This document shows positions 37,836 through 45,868 of a DNA stretch of 64,000 nucleotides, in pieces. The notes beneath the pieces were generated by a model. That model was not told the origin of the DNA. It saw only the letters and a program-made list of their open reading frames with translations, and made no database searches. Made by a program: the position numbers and the translations under genes. Within the stretch, counting starts at the first letter, position 1; each line of letters opens with the position of its first letter. The DNA comes from Candidatus Acidiferrales bacterium (lineage in GTDB: Bacteria > Acidobacteriota > Terriglobia > Acidiferrales > UBA7541), in contig DAIRCW010000001.1 in the NCBI GenBank assembly GCA_036796475.1, positions 2,127 to 66,126 on the forward strand. The letters run 5' to 3'.

Positions 37836-38174
37836 ATGAATGGCATGATAATTCGAGTTGGGCAGCGGCTGCTTTTCGCCTGCGCGCTCGCGTTTTTTAT
37901 TCATAGTCCGGCCCGAGCGAATGATTCGGCGAGTCTCTTCAAGACCAAATGCGCCATGTGTCATGCCGCAGACGGCAGCGGCGATAGCGTGATGGGGAAA
38001 AAGATGGGCGCGAAAGATTTGCGTTCCGCGGAAATTCAGAAGAAGAGCGACGCGGAACTGAACAAGCTCATCAGTGATGGCGTGCCGCCCAAAATGCCTG
38101 CCTACAAGGGAAAACTGAGCGACGCCGAGATCAAAGGCCTCGTTACCTACATCCGCGAGCTCAAGAGTAAGTAA
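37836..38174 (+). CDS. secreted monoheme class I cytochrome c
   Basis: GGAGG RBS, signal peptide, a single CAMCH, and a distal Met region PPKMPAY...SDAEIKGLVTYI. Confidence 0.85.
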   Translation: MNGMIIRVGQRLLFACALAFFIHSPARANDSASLFKTKCAMCHAADGSGDSVMGKKMGAKDLRSAEIQKKSDAELNKLISDGVPPKMPAYKGKLSDAEIKGLVTYIRELKSK

Positions 38175-38188
38175 ATCCCCAAGACGTG

Positions 38189-38210
38189 GTGCCCCCGGGG
38201 GCTGTTTGAT
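38189..38210 (+). terminator. possible terminator (GC palindrome GCCCCCGGGGGC + TGTTTGA)
   Basis: The palindrome lies at 38192-38203, 18 nt after the cytochrome c stop. The T-tract is weak. Confidence 0.3.
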
Positions 38211-38266
38211 CTAAGAACCTGGGGGCACGCGTGGACCTGCGCGTCCAAATCTACAATTTCTCCTGT

Positions 38267-38295
38267 TGACCTCTTCCAGTGCTTCGACTAATGTA
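38267..38295 (+). promoter_or_regulatory. candidate sigma70-type promoter (TTGACC-17 nt-TAATGT) for the glycosidase gene
   Basis: The hexamers lie at 38267-38272 and 38290-38295. Confidence 0.3.
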
Positions 38296-38349
38296 CACGC
38301 ACTCTTTTAGAGACTGTTCCGGTTTTTACGGTGGGAGTCCCGGCCCCTC

Positions 38350-40764
38350 ATGCAAGGCGTACGTCTGTGTGTAGTTATCTGTTGTGCGGTAGTACTGGCG
38401 CTTTTCCTTCCAGTAAGCTTTCCGCAATCTCCGGCTCCTGCGTTGAGCGTTGACGCGGCGGCGAATAACCATCCGATCGACCCGAATATCTACGGGATTG
38501 CCAGTTTTGGCCTCGACCCGCAGTTCGCCGCGGAGATTCGCGTGCCGAACGTACGCTGGGGCGGAGACACCACAACGCGTTACAACTGGCTGGCAGATTC
38601 GAGCAATTTCGGATTCGACTGGTATTTTCTCGGCGGCAGCGGACAGGCAAATCCCATCCCAGGCTGGTCGGTGGATCAGATGATTTCGATTTATGGCGCA
38701 GCGGGGGCGCGCGCCCTTGTCACAATTCCCATCATTCCGTATGTGAACCGCAGTTCGGCGCTCACCTGCAGTTTTCCCGTATCCGAATACGGGCCTCAGC
38801 AAAAGATTGATCCGGATGGCCCCCTCCCTAATGGGCAAGACTGTGGCAACGGTATCTCTCTATTCGGAACAAGGCTAGTGGACAAAGACGTTTACTCGAA
38901 CCATGTTGATAACGGCGTTCCGCTTGAGCAGGGCTGGCTCGACCATCTCATCGCGACGTTCGGAACAGCAGCCAACGGCGGAGTCTCCTATTATCAGCTC
39001 GATAACGAGCCGTACCTATGGTTCTACACGCATCGTGACGTGATGCCAAATGGCGCGAACTACCCCCAAATTGCCGCGCTCGGAGAAGAATATGCGGCGA
39101 TGATCAAGCAGAGCGATCCTTCTGCGCAGGTGTTTGGTCCCTCGGATTTTTCGGGGCTCGGCTGGATCGGGGATCCACGGCGGCAGAATGGATTGTTTGC
39201 CGGACAATACTATCTGCAGCAGATAGCCGCTTACCAGCAGAGCCACGGCCAGCGCATTCTGGATTATTTCGACGAGCACTATTACGCGACGAGTTTCGAT
39301 GATGCATCGGAGTTGGCGTCCACACGCACGCTGTGGGATCCGGGATACCTTGGCCTCAGCGGTTCGCCGTTCAATGGGCCCATTGAATTGATCCCGCGAT
39401 TTCGTAAATGGATTCAGCAATTTTACCCGGGAACGAAGCTCTCGATTTCGGAATATGGATTCAGCAGAGGGCGGAATTGGCTGGTGGATGGACTCACGGA
39501 AGCGGACGTACTGGGAATTTTTGGCCGCGAAGGCCTAGATTTCGCGAACCTATGGACCATTCCCATGCCTCCTCCGTCCGTGCTGACAGTTTTTCGAATC
39601 TTCCGCGATTACGACGGTCAGGGCGGAGAATTCGGGAACGTCTCCGTGCAATCCAGCAGCAGCGATCAGGGGCGGCTGTCCATTTATGCGGCGCTGCGGT
39701 CGAGCGATCATGCGCTGACGATTTTGGTTATTAATAAGACGACGCAGCTGATTGGCACGGCGTTGTCGCTGGCCAATTTTTCCGGACAATTTGCTTCCGT
39801 GTATTCGTTCAGCGGCGCGGATCTTTCGAATATTGTGCGCGCGAGCGACGTGGGCGTTGTCGCGAATCAGATCGATTACGATTTTCTAGGGTATTCCGCG
39901 ACACTTTTCGTGATTCCTGAAAGCGGACAGATTGCGGCCACGAGCACCACACTCGCCGCGTCTTCGCTGAAACCAAAGGTCGGGCAAACGGTTACATTCA
40001 GCGCGTCAATTGCGCCGTTGAGCGGTGCTGGGACGCCGACGGGAACAATGGAATTCGTGAATGACCAAACGGTATTCGCGACGGTTCCGGTGAGCGCCGG
40101 CGCGGCATCGTTCACTACAGCGGCGCTTTCCAGCGGCCCGCACACGGTCACGGCGATGTACTCGGGAGATGCCAACTACGCCGCGTCTTATTCCGTTCCG
40201 CTTCAGATTACGGTGACACCTGCGAGGGACTACTCTTTGCAGCTAAGCGACACATCGCTTCAGTTAAAAAAAGGAGCGAGCGCGAGCGTCACTGTTACGG
40301 TGACGCCGCATCAAGGATTTTCGGGGTCCGTCGCCTTCGGATGCACGGGACTGCCTGCAGGCGGCGCTTGCAGCTTTGATCCCACCAGCGTGACGCCTAA
40401 CAGCGGGCCCGTGATGTCCACAATGACCATCACGATTGGTGCGGGGACGAGTTCGCTAATTGAGCTAGAACCGAGCACGCGGTTTTTGCGTCCATTGCTC
40501 TGGGTCGTGATTTCCGTCTTGATTTGGCTCTTGCCCGTGGGGGCTAAACGACGCGTGAGCCGAACTTACAGAACGGTCCGAGCTTTTCGCATCGCGGCGC
40601 TTGCAGGCGGCTGCTTTATGCTTTTCGGCTGCGCGTTCGGCGGGGCATCTTCTAGACCTCAGATTTCCACCAGCGGACGCAACATCTATGTTGCCAGTGT
40701 GAACGCCGGCGGCATCAACGTTCCCAGTCATTCACAGGAAATTACGCTGACGATCATGAAGTAG
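38350..40764 (+). CDS. secreted glycoside hydrolase (GH44-like catalytic region) with Ig-like repeats and hydrophobic C-terminal segments
   Basis: Signal peptide. N-terminal IDPNIYGIASF...VRWGGDTTTRYNW...DWYF resembles the GH44 N-terminus. Ig-like repeats are typical of Acidobacteria (DYSLQLSDTSLQLKKGASASVTVTVTP...GFSGSVAFGCTGLPAGGACSF). Confidence 0.55.
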   Translation: MQGVRLCVVICCAVVLALFLPVSFPQSPAPALSVDAAANNHPIDPNIYGIASFGLDPQFAAEIRVPNVRWGGDTTTRYNWLADSSNFGFDWYFLGGSGQANPIPGWSVDQMISIYGAAGARALVTIPIIPYVNRSSALTCSFPVSEYGPQQKIDPDGPLPNGQDCGNGISLFGTRLVDKDVYSNHVDNGVPLEQGWLDHLIATFGTAANGGVSYYQLDNEPYLWFYTHRDVMPNGANYPQIAALGEEYAAMIKQSDPSAQVFGPSDFSGLGWIGDPRRQNGLFAGQYYLQQIAAYQQSHGQRILDYFDEHYYATSFDDASELASTRTLWDPGYLGLSGSPFNGPIELIPRFRKWIQQFYPGTKLSISEYGFSRGRNWLVDGLTEADVLGIFGREGLDFANLWTIPMPPPSVLTVFRIFRDYDGQGGEFGNVSVQSSSSDQGRLSIYAALRSSDHALTILVINKTTQLIGTALSLANFSGQFASVYSFSGADLSNIVRASDVGVVANQIDYDFLGYSATLFVIPESGQIAATSTTLAASSLKPKVGQTVTFSASIAPLSGAGTPTGTMEFVNDQTVFATVPVSAGAASFTTAALSSGPHTVTAMYSGDANYAASYSVPLQITVTPARDYSLQLSDTSLQLKKGASASVTVTVTPHQGFSGSVAFGCTGLPAGGACSFDPTSVTPNSGPVMSTMTITIGAGTSSLIELEPSTRFLRPLLWVVISVLIWLLPVGAKRRVSRTYRTVRAFRIAALAGGCFMLFGCAFGGASSRPQISTSGRNIYVASVNAGGINVPSHSQEITLTIMK

Positions 40765-40860
40765 CGCTTCTGCTATCCATCCTGCCCGCGACAAACCACC
40801 GCTCTTTGCGCCGCGTGGCCTGTCCTTCTGCGTCTTCATCTAAGATATGAGTTTTCACCA

Positions 40861-42309
40861 ATGCCGCTTATGGCCGAAGCTCCTGCTGGACAATTTCAAA
40901 CGCGCATTCCCGCGCGACTCGACCGTTTGCCGTGGAGCGGCTTTCATTGGCTCATTGTGTGGGCGCTTGGCGTCACGTGGGCGCTGGATGGACTCGAAGT
41001 CACATTGAAAGGAGCCGTCAGCGGAGTCCTTCAAGAGCCGCAGGTAATGAATTTCTCACCCACGCAGATCGGCTTCATCGCATCGGTCTATTTGACTGGT
41101 GCTGTTATCGGCGCGCTGGTTTTCGGTTATTTGACCGATCGCTGGGGGAGAAAGCGCCTTTTCTTTATCACCCTGGCCGTGTATCTCGGTGGGACGCTGC
41201 TGACTGCGTTCTCATGGAATCTTTGGAGCTTTTGCCTGTTTCGTTTTTTCACGGGCTCGGGAATCGGCGGCGAGTACGCGGCTATCAGCTCCGCGATTGA
41301 TGAGTTGATTCCCGCGCTGTACCGCGGGCGTGTCGAATTGATTGTCAACGGCAGCTACTGGCTTGGTGCGGCGATTGGCGCAGCTTCAACGCTGGTTTTG
41401 CTGGATCCGCGCATACTGCCGCCCTGGCTTGGCTGGCGAATTGGATTTGGCACGGGCGCGCTGCTGGGACTGTTCATTTTGTTCTTGCGCCGCCATGTTC
41501 CGGAAAGTCCGCGATGGCTTATGACTCACGGTAAGCGCGCGGAGGCCGAGCAAGCAATTGCGGAAATCGAGAGGCGCGTCGAAGCGGATTCGGGCGAATT
41601 GCCCGAGCCGGCTGAAGAGCCTCTGGTAATTCATCCGCGAAAGAGCTTCGGGTTCGGCATTGTGGCTCGGACGATGTTTTCGAAATACCCCACGCGGTCA
41701 CTTCTCTCGCTTTCCTTGATGGTTTCGCAGGCTTTTTTGTACAACGCGGTGTTCTTCACTTACGCGCTCATTCTGACGCGGTTTTATCACGTTCCGCCGG
41801 CCAGGACCGGGATTTATCTGCTGCCCTTCGCCGCCGGCAATTTTTTTGGTCCGCTGCTGCTCGGGCGTTTTTTCGACACGATTGGGCGGCGTGAGATGAT
41901 TTCTGCGACATATGCCGTCTCAGCAGCCTTGCTGATGATTACCGGATGGGCATTCAGCGCGGGCTACCTTTCTTCGACCAGTCAGACCGTGTTATGGACC
42001 GTGATTTTCTTCTTTGCTTCGGCGGCAGCCAGTTCCGCGTATCTAACCGTAAGCGAAATTTTCCCGCTGGAAATACGCGCGCTGGCCATTGCGTTTTTCT
42101 ATTCTCTTGGAACCGCTGCCGGCGGAATCGCCGCACCGTGGCTATTTGGCTCCTTGATCGGCTCGGGCTCGCGCGAAAAAATCTTCTTCGGATACATCGC
42201 GGCCGCCATGTTGATGTTCGGAGCGGCGCTAGTCGAGATTGTTTGGGGCGTGAAGGCAGAGCGAACAAGTCTGGAGCACTTGGCCAGCCCGCTTTCTGCG
42301 GAAGAATAA
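40861..42309 (+). CDS. MFS transporter (sugar-porter-like)
   Basis: 12 predicted TM helices, DRWGRKR loop motif, and PESPRWL motif. Confidence 0.85.
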   Translation: MPLMAEAPAGQFQTRIPARLDRLPWSGFHWLIVWALGVTWALDGLEVTLKGAVSGVLQEPQVMNFSPTQIGFIASVYLTGAVIGALVFGYLTDRWGRKRLFFITLAVYLGGTLLTAFSWNLWSFCLFRFFTGSGIGGEYAAISSAIDELIPALYRGRVELIVNGSYWLGAAIGAASTLVLLDPRILPPWLGWRIGFGTGALLGLFILFLRRHVPESPRWLMTHGKRAEAEQAIAEIERRVEADSGELPEPAEEPLVIHPRKSFGFGIVARTMFSKYPTRSLLSLSLMVSQAFLYNAVFFTYALILTRFYHVPPARTGIYLLPFAAGNFFGPLLLGRFFDTIGRREMISATYAVSAALLMITGWAFSAGYLSSTSQTVLWTVIFFFASAAASSAYLTVSEIFPLEIRALAIAFFYSLGTAAGGIAAPWLFGSLIGSGSREKIFFGYIAAAMLMFGAALVEIVWGVKAERTSLEHLASPLSAEE

Positions 42310-42320
42310 CCGGATAAGCC

Positions 42321-43490
42321 TTACATCAAAGGCGCGCCGCGCGCAAATACATTGGCCACCTTCAAATCGGGCGTGAGCAGGATAAGATCAGCGTCAGCGC
42401 CCGTGCGCAAAACCCCTTTGCGATTTTCTATGCCGAGGCGCCGCGCGGGATTATAAGTCGCCATGCGCACGGCTTCGACTAGCGGCACCCCGAGCCGCAC
42501 CATGCGCTGTACCGCGCGGTCGAGAGTCAATGTGCTGCCAGCGAGCTTCCCCTCGCGATTACGGCAGATTCCGTCGGTAACGGTCACGTCAAACGTGCCC
42601 AGACGGTAGCATCCGTCACGCATGCCTGTGGCAGCGGTACCGTCGCTCACCAGCAAAATCAAATCCGTGCCTTTTGCAGCGAGCAGCAGGCGGATCGCGG
42701 GGTCGTCCACGTGAACGCCGTCAGCGATGATCTCCGCGGTTACAGAGGGATCCGTGAGCACTGCGCCGAGAACGCCCGTTTCCCGGTGGGAGAATGGACG
42801 CATTGCATTGAAGACGTGCACGGCATGGCGGGCGCCTCTGAAGATAGCGTTGTGCGCTTGCTCGTAGGTCGCATCCGTGTGGCCTAACGCGACCACCAGA
42901 CCCTTTGCGTACGCGCGTTCCACAAGTTCCATCGCGCCGGGAATTTCGGGAGCCAAGGTCAATATCTTGGCGGTCACTCCCGCCGCTTCCAGATAACGAT
43001 CGAGAAGAGATACGGAGGGCTTTGCAATCGCGCCGGCAGGATGGACTCCGCGACGAACCGAACTGATAAACGGCCCTTCCATGTGAATGCCGACGATTTC
43101 CGCGATTGGTTCATGCGCGTGGTTTGCACGTTTCAGAATGAAGCGCGAAATACTTTCGAGGCAGCGGCGAGTTTCATCCGGTGGAGCAGTAACCGTGGTG
43201 GCGACAGCCGACGTGGTCCCATGGCGCACGATTGTCGATGCCACTGTGTTCATCGCTTCTTCGGTAGCAGACATGAAGTCGTGACCGCCGGCTCCGTGCA
43301 CATGGACGTCCACGAAGCCGGGCACAACCGCGGCATCACGCGCCAGGATTTCTTTCGCACCTGCCGGCGCGATGAATCCTGCTCGCGGTCCAATGAATGA
43401 AATTCGACCATCTTCGAACGCGACTGCGGCATCGCGGATTTCTTCGAGCGGCGTCAATGCGCGCGCGGCGTGAATAAAGGTTGCGCTCAT
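42321..43490 (-). CDS. nagA: N-acetylglucosamine-6-phosphate deacetylase
   Basis: GFVDVHVHGAGGHDFM, LAPE..G, and the HTDATYEQA / HVFNAM pattern. ATG 43490 is preferred over 43526. Confidence 0.85.
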   Translation of the reverse strand: MSATFIHAARALTPLEEIRDAAVAFEDGRISFIGPRAGFIAPAGAKEILARDAAVVPGFVDVHVHGAGGHDFMSATEEAMNTVASTIVRHGTTSAVATTVTAPPDETRRCLESISRFILKRANHAHEPIAEIVGIHMEGPFISSVRRGVHPAGAIAKPSVSLLDRYLEAAGVTAKILTLAPEIPGAMELVERAYAKGLVVALGHTDATYEQAHNAIFRGARHAVHVFNAMRPFSHRETGVLGAVLTDPSVTAEIIADGVHVDDPAIRLLLAAKGTDLILLVSDGTAATGMRDGCYRLGTFDVTVTDGICRNREGKLAGSTLTLDRAVQRMVRLGVPLVEAVRMATYNPARRLGIENRKGVLRTGADADLILLTPDLKVANVFARGAPLM

Positions 43491-43601
43491 CGCGCACAAT
43501 CGTACTCGAACCGCCCCGAATCTCATGGAAAAATTCAGAGCTCAGTTGCAAGAACCAAACGCTAAGCTAGAATGTTACGGTTCGCACAAATCGGAGGCGG
43601 A

Positions 43602-43772
43602 ATGGCACACGAAAAGCGGTTCGTAGCGTGGAAAAGACATCATCGGAAGAGGAAATCCGCGAAGGCGAAGATGAAGCTTTATGAGCAGGGGAAGCTGCCG
43701 CACGATAAACTGCCGGCCCTCGCCAAATCTTTTCTTCGTCGGAAAACGCGCTCGCTCGCAAAAGCACAGTGA
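43602..43772 (+). CDS. small, highly basic hypothetical protein (56 aa)
   Basis: ATG 43602 has a strong GGAGG RBS. K/R-rich and followed by a strong hairpin. Confidence 0.35.
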   Translation: MAHEKRFVAWKRHHRKRKSAKAKMKLYEQGKLPHDKLPALAKSFLRRKTRSLAKAQ

Positions 43773-43783
43773 TCTAATCGCAC

Positions 43784-43820
43784 AAAAAAAGGAGGCGCCC
43801 CTCAGAGCGCCTCCTCTTTC
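43784..43820. terminator. bidirectional rho-independent terminator (GGAGGCGC-ccctcaga-GCGCCTCC flanked by A7 / TCTTT)
   Basis: An 8-bp GC stem lies at 43791-43798 / 43807-43814. The minus-strand reading gives a T7 tail. It sits between convergent genes. Confidence 0.65.
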
Positions 43821-43869
43821 CCGCGCTTGCCGCGATTGGGCAAGCGGGCCGCGTGGCTCAAGCAACAGC

Positions 43870-44739
43870 CTACTGGCTTGAGCCGGTAGAACCGGTGGCC
43901 GCCGTTTGTGCCGGCGCCGCCGCCTTTGGAATACTCACGTAGCCGCTCACTTTGTTTTTGTTGACCGAATTCACCACCAATTCGAGCGGTGCTTGATACT
44001 CGTGCGTGTAGAAGTAGATCGGCTCGTCTACAGAGCGGTTCTGCTTAACAAACCGCTTGTCGTCGACGTAAAGGTACATGGAGAAGAGCTGCTTCTTGGT
44101 GTTGGTGCCGCGGAGCTCGACCGTCAAATCGCCGACGCGCTTGCGCTGGCCCTTCTTGTCCACGCTGAATTCGAAGATATTGCGCTCGCCCATCCGGCGC
44201 AGCTGTTCGACTTCGTCGTGGTTGCGGGCGATCAAATTACCGAACTGATCGCGGGTCATTTGAAGGCTCTGTTTGGTCGAATCGAGATCCGTCTTCACGC
44301 CAGTGACGTCGCCGCTCAGCTTATTGACATCATCCGAGCTAGCCTTTGACGCAAGCTGCGTATTCAACTGATCCTGAGCCTGCTTCATCTCGGCGAAGTG
44401 CTGCGCGTCCTGCTTGGTGATTCTGCGGGCCTGCAGCCGCGCGCTGGCGAGCTCGCCTTGCGTCAGTTTCAGCCGATCGGTGATGACGTTCAGTTCGCCC
44501 TGTTCTTGTGCGTTGGTCTCTTCGGCCTGCTGCAAACGCTGCTCCAGCACCGTCTGCGCCTGCTTGGCGGTCTTTACCTGCGATTCTAAAGCCTGTTGAT
44601 TGCTGCTGGACGTCCGCTCAGCGCTCCAGCCGATGCCCAGCGCCACAAGCGAGACTACCGCGACCAGAACCACAACAATGCCTACCCACCGGGGTGTCGC
44701 CGCTTCCGACGTTGCTTGATTTCGCTCTTCGAAAGTCAT
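43870..44739 (-). CDS. membrane-anchored coiled-coil protein, unknown function
   Basis: N-terminal TM helix (WVGIVVVLVAVVSLVALGIGW), a ~150-aa Q/E/L-rich coiled coil, and a beta-rich C-terminal domain. Confidence 0.55.
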   Translation of the reverse strand: MTFEERNQATSEAATPRWVGIVVVLVAVVSLVALGIGWSAERTSSSNQQALESQVKTAKQAQTVLEQRLQQAEETNAQEQGELNVITDRLKLTQGELASARLQARRITKQDAQHFAEMKQAQDQLNTQLASKASSDDVNKLSGDVTGVKTDLDSTKQSLQMTRDQFGNLIARNHDEVEQLRRMGERNIFEFSVDKKGQRKRVGDLTVELRGTNTKKQLFSMYLYVDDKRFVKQNRSVDEPIYFYTHEYQAPLELVVNSVNKNKVSGYVSIPKAAAPAQTAATGSTGSSQ

Positions 44740-44959
44740 TTTCGTGTCTCTCCTTGAACCTGAATTCCCCCTGCCGGAAGGGTAAGAAGCACGACAGATA
44801 CCAATCCTGGCCAGCGCCCATTTGAGACCTAATTAGCACAATTTCAATCAGTTAAATAGACTGTTCTTCCGTACAGGATTTGGCTGTACCGGTCCTACCC
44901 TGAAATCTTTACCTTGCCAAGGTTGTTTCTGCCAGAAGCCCAATAACTGGGGCGGCGGA

Positions 44960-45814
44960 CTATCGTGTGATTTGCATCTGCTTCAGCGCCTCAATACGGT
45001 CATCGAGAGGCGGGTGCGTGCTAAAGAGGTTGGCAAGCATACGGCGGCCCTGCAAAGGTGCCACGATGCACAGGGCCGAGGTGGAGGGGGAAATGTCCAT
45101 CGGAATCTTCTTGTTATAGGCGTCAAGCTTCTGCAGCGCGCTGATCAAGCCATACTGCTGACCGACCATGTTCACTCCCGAAGCATCGGCCTGGTATTCA
45201 CGCTGCCGCGAAATCCCCAGTTGCAGAAGCAGCGCGGCGATCGGCGCGAGAATCAGCATTAAAATCGCCGTAATTGCATTCCCTTCGCCTTCATCCCGCG
45301 AATTGCCGTATCCGCCGAAAATCAGGCCCCAGCGGCCCATCTCCGCGATCCAGGTAATTGCTAAAGCTATCGTTGCGGCGATCGAGGAAGTTAGGATGTC
45401 ATAATTGCGCACGTGAGAAAGCTCATGCGCGATAACACCTTCAAGTTCATCATCCGTCATGATCTGCATCAGCCCTGCTGTTACGCACACGGCGGCATGA
45501 TGCGGATTGCGTCCGGTGGCAAACGCGTTGGGAGCCGGCTGCGCACTGATGTACAGACGGGGCATCGGAATGCCGGATTTGCCGCACAACCGTTCCATGA
45601 CCGCATACAGTCGCGGCGCCTGCTCGCGTGTGACCGGCTGGGCGTGGCTCGAGCGCAGCGCGATTTTGTCGGAGAAAAAGTAAGCCACGGAATTCATCAC
45701 TACCGCGAGAATCAGCCCAAACGTCAGCCCTCGCGGGCCGGCAATTGCGCCGCCGCCGAGGATCAGCAACAGCGTGAGCGCTGTGAGCAGGAACGCTGTC
45801 TTGAGCGTTTTCAT
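44960..45814 (-). CDS. htpX: zinc metalloprotease HtpX
   Basis: Four TM segments, HELSH zinc motif, and conserved C-terminal STHPPL..RI. Confidence 0.9.
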   Translation of the reverse strand: MKTLKTAFLLTALTLLLILGGGAIAGPRGLTFGLILAVVMNSVAYFFSDKIALRSSHAQPVTREQAPRLYAVMERLCGKSGIPMPRLYISAQPAPNAFATGRNPHHAAVCVTAGLMQIMTDDELEGVIAHELSHVRNYDILTSSIAATIALAITWIAEMGRWGLIFGGYGNSRDEGEGNAITAILMLILAPIAALLLQLGISRQREYQADASGVNMVGQQYGLISALQKLDAYNKKIPMDISPSTSALCIVAPLQGRRMLANLFSTHPPLDDRIEALKQMQITR

Positions 45815-45868
45815 TTTTTTTCTCCGGGAAACAATAACAGTGTAGGCGCAGGTTTTGCGCGGGTCAAA

